Positions 1 to 9,828 of a stretch of 64,000 bases of DNA are shown here, in pieces; position 1 is the stretch's first letter; each line of letters begins with the position of its first letter. This DNA comes from Novakomyces olei (lineage: Eukaryota). Location of the stretch: contig JADEYG010000007.1 of assembly GCA_016906335.1 (NCBI GenBank), positions 1,736,001 through 1,800,000 on the forward strand, written 5' to 3'. The position numbers and the translations under genes were made by a program. The notes beneath the pieces are model-generated. The model made no database searches, was not told where the DNA came from, and saw nothing but the letters and a program-made list of their open reading frames with translations.

Positions 1-1
1 T

Positions 2-1981
2 GCGAAGATAGCGTTGCCGATAACACGAACGCTAAAGAAAAATGAAAAGTTTATATGGGAGACAGAGCAGCAGGAAAGCTTTGCTAAATTGAAAAAATGT
101 TTCGTTAGCGATGTGATGCTACAACACTATGACCCAGATCAACAATGTATTATCGAAACGGATGCGTCTGATTTTGCACTCGGAGCAGTGTTGACGCAAG
201 GGCCAGAAAAAGGCAGACGACCAGTTGCATTTATAAGCCGAAAGCTTACACCAGCAGAGACTAACTACGACATACATGATAAAGAGTTGTTAGCTATAGT
301 TTGGGCTTTCAAAGTTTGGAGAACGTATTTGCAAGGTCATGCTATACCAATTATTGTCTACACAGACCATCGCAACTTACAGACATTTACAACGACGAAA
401 CAGCTCTCTAGAAGACAGGCGAGATGGGCCGAAGTCTTATCAGAGTATAATTTTGTAATCACGTACCGAAAGGGATCAGCAAATGGAGGTGCTGATGCTC
501 TAAGTCGACGTACCGAGTTAAATGAATTAAAGAAAAGCAATTATATGGACAACCAACAGCGCATATTGCTAGCACCAGAATTGTTTGCAAATGCTATTAC
601 AACTGATCAAACCACAGGAGATTCTCAAGAGCAGGCAGAAACAGCAATCGCTATGCCAACTAAATTATTTGTCGATGAGAAGGATCGAATTAAAGTATTG
701 TCACAGGCTCATGACCATCCCCTAGCAGGTCATTTTGGGACAGCAAAAACAATCGCACTGCTGAAAAGACATTTTACATGGCCAGGCCTTACAAAGGATG
801 CTACAGATTATGTTCAAGCTTGTACAACATGTATGAGAAACAAGACAACGCGCCACAAAAGAACGGGATTACTAAATCCACTACCAAGTCCGACCAGACC
901 ATGGAAATCTATATCTATGGATTTTATTGTTAAATTACCACAAGCGGGAGGATTTGACTCTATATGGGTTGTGGTGGACAGATTTTCTAAAATGGTGCAT
1001 TTTATTCCGATTAAAGAAGCTGTCACAGCTCAAGAGTTAGCGACAAAGTTTATTTCAGAGATTGTACGCTTACATGGGCTTCCTGACGAAATCATTTCAG
1101 ACAGAGATCCTAAATTCGTGAGTAAATTTTGGACCTGTTTAGCGAAACAATTGGGAATTACGTTGAATAAGTCGACCAGTCATCATCCACAGACTGATGG
1201 TCAGACTGAGAAGATGAATCAAACATTGGAGCAATACTTGAGATGCTATGTGAACTATTACCAGACGAACTGGATAACTTTGCTACCGTTTGCAGAGATT
1301 GCTATGAATAACTCAGTTAGCAGCGCTACACAGCAATCGCCTTATTTTATTTGTTATGGATATCACCCGAGATTATCTTTAAATGGACAGGAAACAGAAA
1401 ATCCTACGGCAAATGAGACTGCCACGAATTGGAGTCATCATTTTGAGAAAATCAATGAATTATTGAATGACAACGCCACGCGAATGAAGAGGTTTTACGA
1501 CAGAAAAGTACGACCAGGACCGGTTTATGAACCAGGAGACCTTGTCTGGATTCGTAAAACGCATATACGAAGTGAAAGACCAAGTGAAAAATTTGATCAC
1601 ATACACATCGGACCCTTCAAAGTTATTGAACGAATTGGGAGGAGTGCTTATCGAGTGGAACTACCAGCACATATAAAAGTACATGATGTATTTAACGAAA
1701 CAATGTTGGAACCACACAAGCCAGACCGTTTTAATCGAGACCCGACAGATCTTGTTGTACCGGATATATTGGAAGAAACAAATGAATATGAAGTGGATCA
1801 TATTGTGCAACACAAAGGGCGCGGTCGCGGAATACGATATTTAGTGCACTGGAAAGGGTATGGACCAGACGATTGCACTTGGGAGCCATACAGCAATTTA
1901 AGTCACGCACAAGAGGCTGTTGCCGAATATCATACTAAAAGGAAGAATTTAGCGTCTTCACTTTCTCTTACGCTATATTGA
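2..1981 (+). CDS. pol: Pol polyprotein C-terminal part (RNase H, integrase, GPY/F motif, chromodomain); frame open to the window edge
   Basis: ETDASDFALGAVL and [12 protein letters not shown] (RNaseH); HDHPLAGH..CTTC (HHCC); ISMDFI, ISDRD, GQTEKMN (DDE core); GPFKV; EYEVDHIV..YLVHWKGYG..TWEP (chromodomain). Confidence 0.95.
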   Translation, partial: AKIALPITRTLKKNEKFIWETEQQESFAKLKKCFVSDVMLQHYDPDQQCIIETDASDFALGAVLTQGPEKGRRPVAFISRKLTPAETNYDIHDKELLAIVWAFKVWRTYLQGHAIPIIVYTDHRNLQTFTTTKQLSRRQARWAEVLSEYNFVITYRKGSANGGADALSRRTELNELKKSNYMDNQQRILLAPELFANAITTDQTTGDSQEQAETAIAMPTKLFVDEKDRIKVLSQAHDHPLAGHFGTAKTIALLKRHFTWPGLTKDATDYVQACTTCMRNKTTRHKRTGLLNPLPSPTRPWKSISMDFIVKLPQAGGFDSIWVVVDRFSKMVHFIPIKEAVTAQELATKFISEIVRLHGLPDEIISDRDPKFVSKFWTCLAKQLGITLNKSTSHHPQTDGQTEKMNQTLEQYLRCYVNYYQTNWITLLPFAEIAMNNSVSSATQQSPYFICYGYHPRLSLNGQETENPTANETATNWSHHFEKINELLNDNATRMKRFYDRKVRPGPVYEPGDLVWIRKTHIRSERPSEKFDHIHIGPFKVIERIGRSAYRVELPAHIKVHDVFNETMLEPHKPDRFNRDPTDLVVPDILEETNEYEVDHIVQHKGRGRGIRYLVHWKGYGPDDCTWEPYSNLSHAQEAVAEYHTKRKNLASSLSLTLY

Positions 1982-2016
1982 ATTACTTGAGTTAGCGTGC
2001 GTGCTAACACTGACGC

Positions 2017-2026
2017 TATATATAAA
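2017..2026 (+). promoter_or_regulatory. Putative internal TATA box for the JmjC ORF
   Basis: TATATATAAA in the AT-rich 190-bp spacer between the pol stop (1981) and the ATG at 2172. Confidence 0.4.
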
Positions 2027-2171
2027 GTCAGCATTGATATTTTATTTTGATTATTACCTGCAATATTATTATTGTCGGTTACTTATATATTGGATTACTT
2101 ACCAATAATTTATTTTTATTTAAGGACGAGGAAAATTATTTCACTCTTAGCGGAAACGAAGCACAGCCGCA

Positions 2172-3209
2172 ATGTCAAACGCCTCGTCCCCAACACAATA
2201 TTTTGACGCCTCGGAGACCTCACCAGTTCAGGGGGGAGGTAAGCGACGACGCAAAGGCATGGGACCGATCCCCTGCGATCTTTGCGACGCACGATTTTAT
2301 CGCGCCAGCGAACTTTCGAGACATGAGCACACGCACAACAAGGTGCTAAAAGAAAGTTTACAGTTATGGAAAAAGAATGCAGAAAATGCCACAAACTACG
2401 ACTTGGGCATCTCGATACTGCAAAGGGCTACCCAAAAGAAGCCACAGATATGCCAACCAGAGACGCATGATAACGAAAAGTTTGCCGAAAACGTTATCAA
2501 AGATCTTCTACACGGAAGCTCGTGCAGCTTTGCAAAGACGAACGTTCGCGAATTGGACAACGAAGTCCATGTGTCTAACTTTGTACTACAATTCTTTACA
2601 TCAAAGACCGATGGAGTTGCGGCGTACAACATTGTCCCGAGTGGGGATACGATGAGGCTGCTCACGCCTTTAAAACAGCATCAGAATCTAGCTTCTCTTT
2701 GGCTGTCTGCTGCATCGCCAGCGCCTCTTATAACCGATGTTCATGCCGACAACATTCTCTTGGCCAACACAATTATGTGTCTCTCTGGCAAGAAACTTGT
2801 TTTTACCTGGCCCCCGACGGATGAGAACTTACGTCTGTTTGGACCCAGACACCGTCGCCACGGGGATCTATTCTTACCACTAGCGATTCGCTCTCTGTGC
2901 GGCCTCAAGTTAACATTCTTGACAGCCGGGAAAGCAATGACAATGGAACCGGGGACGTTACATGCGGTAATGACCCTCGAGAACTCTATTATCACTGGGT
3001 ACTCGTTTGCATACACCCATTCGCGTCTCAAGCGTCTAGCCATGTGGGATGCTGAGAGTGCAAAAGGAACGGATTTGGAACTTCAAGTTGAGAACGAGCA
3101 CCAGGAAGCAATTGAAGTTTACCGAGCCACTCTTCCTGCTTATTACAACGCGAAAAAGAAGTTTATTTATTCGGGCTTACAGGTGTTACGCCTCGGGAGG
3201 GGAGAGTAG
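2172..3209 (+). CDS. C2H2 zinc finger + JmjC-domain protein (KDM2/KDM7/Jhd1/Epe1-like 2-OG Fe(II) oxygenase) carried inside retrotransposon E1
   Basis: KRRRK NLS (aa24-28); CDLC..F..ASEL..HEHTH finger (aa35-55); TDVHAD...SGKK..WPPTDENLRL..GDLFL...PGTLHAVMTLENSIITGYSF matches the KDM2-type JmjC core, with T188, H191, D193, K208 and H264 at the expected spacing. Confidence 0.85.
   Translation: MSNASSPTQYFDASETSPVQGGGKRRRKGMGPIPCDLCDARFYRASELSRHEHTHNKVLKESLQLWKKNAENATNYDLGISILQRATQKKPQICQPETHDNEKFAENVIKDLLHGSSCSFAKTNVRELDNEVHVSNFVLQFFTSKTDGVAAYNIVPSGDTMRLLTPLKQHQNLASLWLSAASPAPLITDVHADNILLANTIMCLSGKKLVFTWPPTDENLRLFGPRHRRHGDLFLPLAIRSLCGLKLTFLTAGKAMTMEPGTLHAVMTLENSIITGYSFAYTHSRLKRLAMWDAESAKGTDLELQVENEHQEAIEVYRATLPAYYNAKKKFIYSGLQVLRLGRGE
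3195..3206 (+). other. Polypurine tract of E1
   Basis: GGGAGGGGAGAG followed by TAG and then the LTR start TGTTACG at 3210. Confidence 0.85.
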
Positions 3210-3609
3210 TGTTACGATTTAATTTATTTCTATATTGTTATTGCGTCTTCGATAGCACCGACGCTATTGAAGCGCTATATTATTATTTGTTTGTTGTCTT
3301 TATTTAATATTGAATATTTATTTAAATATTTACTTATTATTTATTATTTATTGACTATTATTGTTCTGACTGCTTTTACTTGTTAGTTTGTTTAATCGTT
3401 TAAGTAGTTAGTGTTTCTAGAATATTCTACGTAGCGAGGATATAAATAGAGGTCCTGCTTCTACTTTTCTCGCTACGTGTAATCGAACTTTGGGGAGACC
3501 CAATCTTTTAAACCCAGTTCTATCTCTTAATTTTCTCATAGTCCCAGAGCCGGCGTGAAATCCGGCAATTGGGTTCTCCTTTAGGCTTTCGCCTTCTACA
3601 ACCATAACA
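3210..3609 (+). repeat. 3' LTR of E1 (400 bp)
   Basis: Starts TGTTACG, ends CATAACA, contains TATAAATA at 3441-3448, and follows the PPT. Confidence 0.85.
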
Positions 3610-6477
3610 TGTTAACTCGATAGATTCTCCTCGTTTTTTATCGTAGTATCGTTTCATAACAGCTTGTGCTTCCTCGATAGCTTTGGCTGTTTGCTCAAAG
3701 TGTAACTTCCAGTCCTTCACTAATGCTTGTGTAGCTGGGTTGTCGATTTCTGATTCGTTTATTCGTAATGCTGTGGGGTGGAATCCATAATTGATGTAAA
3801 ACGGAGTGTCTTTTGTGCTTTGGTTAATCGCGTTATTACATGCAAACTCGGCAAATGTTAATAGCGAAACCCACTTGTCTTGTGCGTGGTTGATATAACA
3901 GCGTAAATACTGCTCAAGCGTTTGATTCATGCGTTCTGTCTGTCCGTCACTCTGAGGGTGATGACTCGTAGACTTGCACGAACTTATTCCAAGCTGACTC
4001 ATAAGCGCTGTCCAAAATCGACTCACAAAGCGTGGATCTCTGTCGGATACCAACTCCTCCGGCGTCCCATGTATGCGAAACACATTTTTAATATAAAGTA
4101 GTGCAACGTCCATAGCAGTTGCGGTTTCTGCGCAGGGAATAAAATGGCTCATTTTCGAAAATCGATCCACTATCACTAGTATCGTATCATAGCCTTCTGA
4201 TACTGGTAGTTTTGTAATAAAATCCATAGAGACTGAAAGCCATGGTCTCTTTGGGATTGATAGAGGGTTCAAATAACCTCTCGGTCTTGTGCGTCCAACC
4301 TTGTTTCTCATACAAGTCGCACATCCTTTTACGTAATCCGTAACGTCTTTAGACAGTCCAGGCCACGTAAATCGTCTCTTTACAAGGTCCATGGTACGCT
4401 GTACTCCAAAATGTCCCGATAAGGGGTGGTCATGACATTGTGCTAATACTTCTTTGCGTCGTTCCGGTGGAACCTCCTGTAGACTTGTCGTTACTTCTTC
4501 ATCTGGCTCGTCTGTTATAGCAGCAATAAACTTGTCTGGTGGGAGCAACGGCTTGCTCATAAAATTCTCTGCCTTGCTTTCTGTATTGTTATAGTCGGGT
4601 CTCCGACTTAGTGCATCTGCTGTGCAATTTGCACTTCCTTTGCGATAGGTAATAACATAATCGTAATCGCTCAAAACTTCTGACCAGCGAGCTTGTCTCC
4701 GAGACAATTGCTTCGTAGTCGTAAACGTTTGTAGGTTCTTGTGGTCTGTGTACACTAATATTTTGTGCGAGTTTCCTTGCAAATAGTGCCTCCAAATCTT
4801 GAAAGCCCATACAATTGCTAAGAGCTCTTTATCATGAATGTCGTAATTTAATTCCGCTGACTACAACTTTCGACTGATAAAGGCAACAGGCTGTTTGCCT
4901 TGGTCGGTGTCTTGTATTAGTACTGCGCCAAGCGCATAATCAGACGCATCGGTTTCAACGTGGCACTGCTTCTCTGGTGCAAAGTGCTTTAACGTCACGT
5001 TGGTTTTGAAAGCTTTCTTCAACTCATCGAATGCTTTCCTGCAGTCCTCGTTCCAATTAAATACGGCACCTTTCTTGAGTAAGGCTGTAATTGGCTGTAC
5101 GATTCTTGAAAATCCGTTGATGAATCTTCTGTAGTAATTGCAGAATCCTAGAAAAAACTGAAGGTCTTTCACACTCTTCGGCGTAGGCCATTCCTGGATA
5201 GGTTCTGTTTTCTCCGGGCTCATAGATACTCCTTCGGTAGACAGCAAGTAGCCTAAAAACTCTACCTTCTTGACATGGAATTCGCTCTTCTCATACTTGA
5301 CGTATAACCTCTTCTTTCGGAGTCGCTCCAGGACCTCCTTGACGTCTGCAATATGGTCTTCCAATGTTCTTGAAAATATCAGGATGTCGTCAAGATAAAC
5401 CAACACTTTAATATCTAACAGGTCTCGAAATGTATCATTCATAAGGTCTTGAAAGGTCGCAGGGGCATTAGTGAGCCCAAATGGCATCACTCGATATTCA
5501 AAATGCCCGTAACGAGTGCGAAACGCTGTTTTCCACTCGTCACCTTTCTTTATTCGTACCAAGTTGTATGCTCCACGCAGGTCCATCTTCGTAAACCATT
5601 TTGCGCCATTAATTTTGTTTAACAAATCCTCAATCTTCGGTAGCGGGTATTTGTTCTTCACTGTAATGTTGTTCAACGCGCGATAGTCAACGCATAGACG
5701 CAAACTTCCGTCTTTCTTCTTGACAAAGAGTACTGGTGCGCCGGCAGGTGACTTAGATCGCTTAATAAAACCTCTCGCTAGATTTTCTTCAACATATTTC
5801 AGTAACGCCCTCTGTTCCTCAGGGGTCACACTGTAAACTGGGCCAAAGGGGATTTTCGCATCCTCCTCCAACTTAATCTCATGATCGTAATGCGTGCGCA
5901 ACGGTAGTTTCTCTGCTTCCCGTTCGCTAAATACGTCCTTATACTCGCTGTACTCTTGCGGGTATGTTCTCTTCGGTGCATCTTCGGTGCAAGTTGCTGG
6001 TCTAATTGCACCTAGCATAAATACTTCTGTTTCTCGATCTTTGCAGATTACAAAACTAAGTCTCTTGGTTTTCCAATCAATTGTGGGGTTCTCCCGATGC
6101 AGCCATTCCATTCCAAGAATCGCATCGTGGCTCCCAATGTCGGTCACGTAAAATGTCGTAGGTGAACTTCTGCTTTGCACCTTCACGTCCAACGGCTCTG
6201 TCTTTCTGGCAATCGGGCCAGACAATATCTCTCGACCGTCAACTACTCTGACGGGGACAGGTTTCTTCAACTGCACTGTCCTTAATCGTAATCGTTCCAC
6301 CACTCTTGGGTGTATAAAGTTCATATGCGCTCCTGAATCGATAAGCGTCATAATCTCGTTCTCTTCCACACTAACGGCCAATTTAAGCTGCAAACCCGCG
6401 CTCGCCGCTGTGCCTATCTCTTGGATCTGAAGCTTCGGGATGGGTTTCGAGTTTCTCTTCTCGCCTGACAAAGCCAT
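3610..6477 (-). pseudogene. pol: E2 pol (protease, RT, RNase H, integrase) with an in-frame stop at 4861-4863 and a truncated integrase
   Basis: LIDSGA protease; LRLCVDYRALN and YLDDILIFS RT; the reading continues in frame through [22 protein letters not shown] integrase core. Confidence 0.9.
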
Positions 6478-6485
6478 CGCCTTTC

Positions 6486-7355
6486 TCAGGCTCTGCCTTT
6501 TCCCAACTCGCTTCCACTCGTTCTCTCATGACAATCCCGTGCTATATGGCCCAACTTCTGGCACTTGAAGCACTTAATCTTCGATCTGTCATTCTTTCTC
6601 ACACGATTTGGTTCACTGTGATCGACTTTCGTAGAATCAATCTCCATAGGAGTAGTATGATCCTTCACGTATCGTCTTGGCTGATTGTATTCCGATCTTT
6701 TGACAGTTGTGCGATCGTGCAAACGATTGTCAATTCGGATACATACGTCCATCAAGCTTCTCAAATCCTCTGGTGGCTCACATCGTGCCAACTCGTCTTT
6801 CACGGAGTCCTTCAGACCTTCGTAAAATTGGCTGCAGAGGGCCTCGTTATTCCAGTTGAAATGCGCGCGGAGCTGATCAAACTCGGCGGCATACTGGGCT
6901 GCTGAACCTCGCTGTTTCAACAAGCGAATACGTTTTTGAGCCGTTTGTTTGAAGTTCCGGTCTCCAAACATACGCTCCAACTCATCGCAAAACGTGTCGA
7001 AATCGTCGAGCACGCCTTCGTTGTCGCGGCTGAGATGCGGCTCAAACCAACGAAACGCTGCTCCTCTGAGGTACGATCCTCCAAACATCACTCTCGAACG
7101 CTCTGTTCTGTAACGGTCCGGCTGAGCATTGACTACGAGTTTCAACTGCGCAATGAACTCTCGTGTCTTCAAACGCTCTCCCGAGAAGAACGGCGGAGAT
7201 GCCACCTTTGGCTCCCGAGACTGTCTCTCCGGCATAGTCGTCTGAGTTGCCAGTAGCTGTCGCTTAAGCTCACTGTTCTCATTTTCCAACGACGACAATC
7301 TTGCCTTAGTCTCTTCGTAAAACGCGGACAACCTCGCCAAATCGGCTCCTTCCAT
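6486..7355 (-). CDS. gag: E2 Gag (retrotransposon gag domain, zinc knuckle)
   Basis: PPFFSGER..FIAQL, LRGAAFRWF, LKQRGSAAQYAAEF, FYEGLKDSVKDEL, PMEID, CFKCQKLGHIARDC. Confidence 0.92.
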   Translation of the reverse strand: MEGADLARLSAFYEETKARLSSLENENSELKRQLLATQTTMPERQSREPKVASPPFFSGERLKTREFIAQLKLVVNAQPDRYRTERSRVMFGGSYLRGAAFRWFEPHLSRDNEGVLDDFDTFCDELERMFGDRNFKQTAQKRIRLLKQRGSAAQYAAEFDQLRAHFNWNNEALCSQFYEGLKDSVKDELARCEPPEDLRSLMDVCIRIDNRLHDRTTVKRSEYNQPRRYVKDHTTPMEIDSTKVDHSEPNRVRKNDRSKIKCFKCQKLGHIARDCHERTSGSELGKGRA

Positions 7356-7396
7356 CTCGAACGGAGTCTAGTGCTGTACTCGCGGACGGTTAATAC

Positions 7397-7766
7397 TGTT
7401 ATGTTGCTACCTAGCACGCCTGCTTAGGTAGATTCGGACGTAGACTCTTAACTGCTCGTAGTAATAAACGCTTTTGTTACTATAAGCTTCTGCCAGTCGT
7501 ACGCGGCTGGCTACAGCAGGGGACTCCAGATGGAAGTTAACTCTTCCAACAAAGTTGATTAACCGTAAAGTTATAAAGGAGAGAAGCCCCTTTATATCCT
7601 TTACGGGCTACGTGCTCACTAATCTCACTAACTAAAATAACTCAAAAACTATCTCGAAAAGGAACTAAGAGGCTAAGCCTCAACAAGTAAGCTAAACTAC
7701 TTTACTCGGTGCAAGTTCTGTGCAAGATGCACTGTACTTGCACCATGTCAGGTGCAAACCATGACA
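7397..7766 (-). repeat. 5' LTR of E2 (370 bp)
   Basis: On the minus strand it starts TGTCATG and ends CATAACA, with a TATA (plus-strand TTTATAT at 7591-7597); directly upstream of PBS and gag. Confidence 0.85.
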
Positions 7767-8393
7767 TATATTGTAAATTGGTCCAAATGGTGCTTTGGAT
7801 CCTTTTTCCAAAATAATCTCATGATCATAAGCTCTGTGTGGCGGTAATTGGTCCGCTCCTTCTTCGTCAAATACGTCTTTGAATTCTTTGTATTCTCTAG
7901 GAAGTCTCGTTTCCTTAGCGGTAATTGCGTTACTCTGCGCAAATTGCAAATAGGCGTAAATAGGCTTGTCGTCAATTCTGTCTTCTTCAAATTTCAACTC
8001 TTTGGTCACCCAATTGATATTCGGGTTGTTCTCTCGTAACCATTGTATTCCCAAAATGACATCGCGTCTTCCAATGTCTGCAACATAAAACTTCGTTGGT
8101 GTAATTTTGTTTGCAATTCTGATATCCAGTCTTTTTGTTGTACATACAACTGGTCCTGATGATAGACTTCTTCCATCCACTACTTGGATTATAATCGGCT
8201 TCTCGATTCGTTCTGTTTCCAACCTCAATCTGTGTACTAGTCTCGGATGCATAAAATTCAAATTTGCTCCTGAGTCAACTAACGCGTTCGTATTCTTTCC
8301 TTCCACATTTATTCTCACTTCCAAATGTGCCGTATCTGTTTCAGTGGTTTCTTCTTCAGGCCATAAAGAAGCCACTTCCTTCCTTAGGCCCAA
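7767..8393 (-). pseudogene. pol: E3 pol 5' fragment (aspartic protease and RT N-terminus)
   Basis: ALVDSGANLNF, DVILGIQWL, LPPHRAYDHEIIL, PFGPIY; truncated at 7767. Confidence 0.88.
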
Positions 8394-9792
8394 TCTTTTT
8401 CCGAATCGTCTTCCGAGGCAACCGTTGTCAATGCCGCCTGGCGTTTAATGTACGGAATATGCTTCTCCTTGCAATCTCGGGCAATATGTCCAAACTTCTG
8501 ACAATTGTAGCATTGCATTGCTTTCTTCTGAACATCTTTATCCTTTTCGTGGCTGTTGCTATTAGCCTTAAATGATCGGTCTTTTGGCGGTGCTCTGACG
8601 TCCGCAGCATCGATCTCCATAGGCATCACTCGCTCTCTTTCGCTATAGGCCATCTTCGGCGCTTCATAGCTTCTTTCACTGTAACTCGTTCTCGGTGTTT
8701 CGTAACTTCTCTCAGTTCTAGCGTAAAATCTCTCTTGTCTTTGCGTATTCTGACGCAAGCCGTTAGCAAAATTCGTTCTCTCTCTTCGTCTGTCGTATAA
8801 TCTGTTGTCAATACTGAGACACAGCTCAATCAATTCACGTAGCGTATCTGGTTCTCTTGTCCTCGATAGTTCGTCTTTAATTCTGTCGTGCAATCCATAG
8901 TAAAATTGCGAAATCAACGCCTCATCATTCCAATGAAAGTAGGCACTCAATCGTCTAAACTCGGCCACGTACTGTGTCACCGGTCCTCTCTGTCTCAGTC
9001 CTCGTATTTCCTTCTGTGCTGTCTTTCGGATGTCTCGATCTCCGAACATTTCCATAAATGTATCACAAAAGGTCTCAAAGTCGTTCATTATTCCCTCGTT
9101 GTCGCTCAATATATGTGGCTCAATCCATCGGAATGCAGTTCCACGTAAATAACTAGCCGCATACGTAACTTTCTGTCGGTCGGTCGCATACCGGTCCAAC
9201 TGTGCTTCTGTAATCATCCTCACTTGGGTAATGAACTCTCTTGCTTTGGCTCTCTCGCCATAAAACAACGATGGCGGGGCCAGTCTCATCTCTCGGCCTC
9301 TCGGTTGCATATCAACATTTCTCTCGAATGCCAGCTTCAACGAAGCGTTCTCTTCCTCGAGTCGCTGCACCTTAGCGCTCATTTCCTCGCAGAACCGCTT
9401 CAACTGTTCCATGTCGATTGTTATAACTGTGGAAATTACTCACTGTTATAACTTTTAGATTAATTAAATCTACCCTTAAACTATGGAAAACCTTGTCCTT
9501 TTATAGACGTCAAGGCTCAGCTCTTATCTTCGTAATTTGCCAAGAGATAGGATTAAGACTTTCCTATCAATTAGTAATCAGATAGGATCAGAAGTAACCG
9601 ATCAATTAGTAATCACCTTATCATTGATAGGATACAGATACCCGATCAGTGGCTTGATTTAATGATTAGTAATTAAATATTCCTCCAAATCGGTTAGATT
9701 CCGTATTTGGAGTGAATTAATTTAATTTAATTATGTCATTTTTAATTTTAATTTTACTATCTACACTATGGCCTAACATCGATATTCTCCAT
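8384..9792 (-). pseudogene. gag: E3 Gag, interrupted in its first codons by a solo LTR
   Basis: ORF 8384-9412 with YLRGTAFRW, LRQRG, PMEID and CYNCQKFGHIARDC; removing 9419-9778 plus one TSD copy restores MENIDMEQLKRF from the ATG at 9792. Confidence 0.85.
9419..9778 (-). mobile_element. Solo LTR (360 bp) with 5-bp target-site duplication TCGAT
   Basis: TGTTA...TAACA termini flanked by TCGAT at 9414-9418 and 9779-9783; TATA-like CTATAAAAG on the minus strand. Confidence 0.85.
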
Positions 9793-9828
9793 TGTCAGAC
9801 TCAGTACCACTTCGCGGGACGGTTATAC

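Larger units (their letters stand above)
1..3609 (+). mobile_element. Ty3/Gypsy chromovirus LTR retrotransposon E1, 3' portion (pol end, extra JmjC ORF, PPT, 3' LTR); 5' part lies left of the window
   Basis: Uninterrupted RNaseH-integrase-chromodomain ORF, PPT at 3195-3206, and a TGTTA...TAACA LTR at 3210-3609 that abuts a truncated integrase of another element. Confidence 0.9.
3610..7766 (-). mobile_element. Ty3/Gypsy LTR retrotransposon E2 (5' LTR, gag, pol), cut in the integrase by the E1 insertion
   Basis: 5' LTR at 7397-7766, gag with CCHC knuckle, PR-RT-RH-IN; integrase breaks off at [15 protein letters not shown] exactly at the E1 LTR end. Confidence 0.92.

Noticed and set aside
2172-3209. 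env-like gene in the third-ORF position
   Set aside because: No signal peptide, TM anchor or fusion motif; it has an NLS, a zinc finger and JmjC motifs instead
3520-3609. C-terminal tail of the 420-aa integrase ORF (CYGCRRRK...)
   Set aside because: Read-through into the antisense strand of the E1 LTR; likewise the tail of ORF 7692-8393 runs into the E2 LTR
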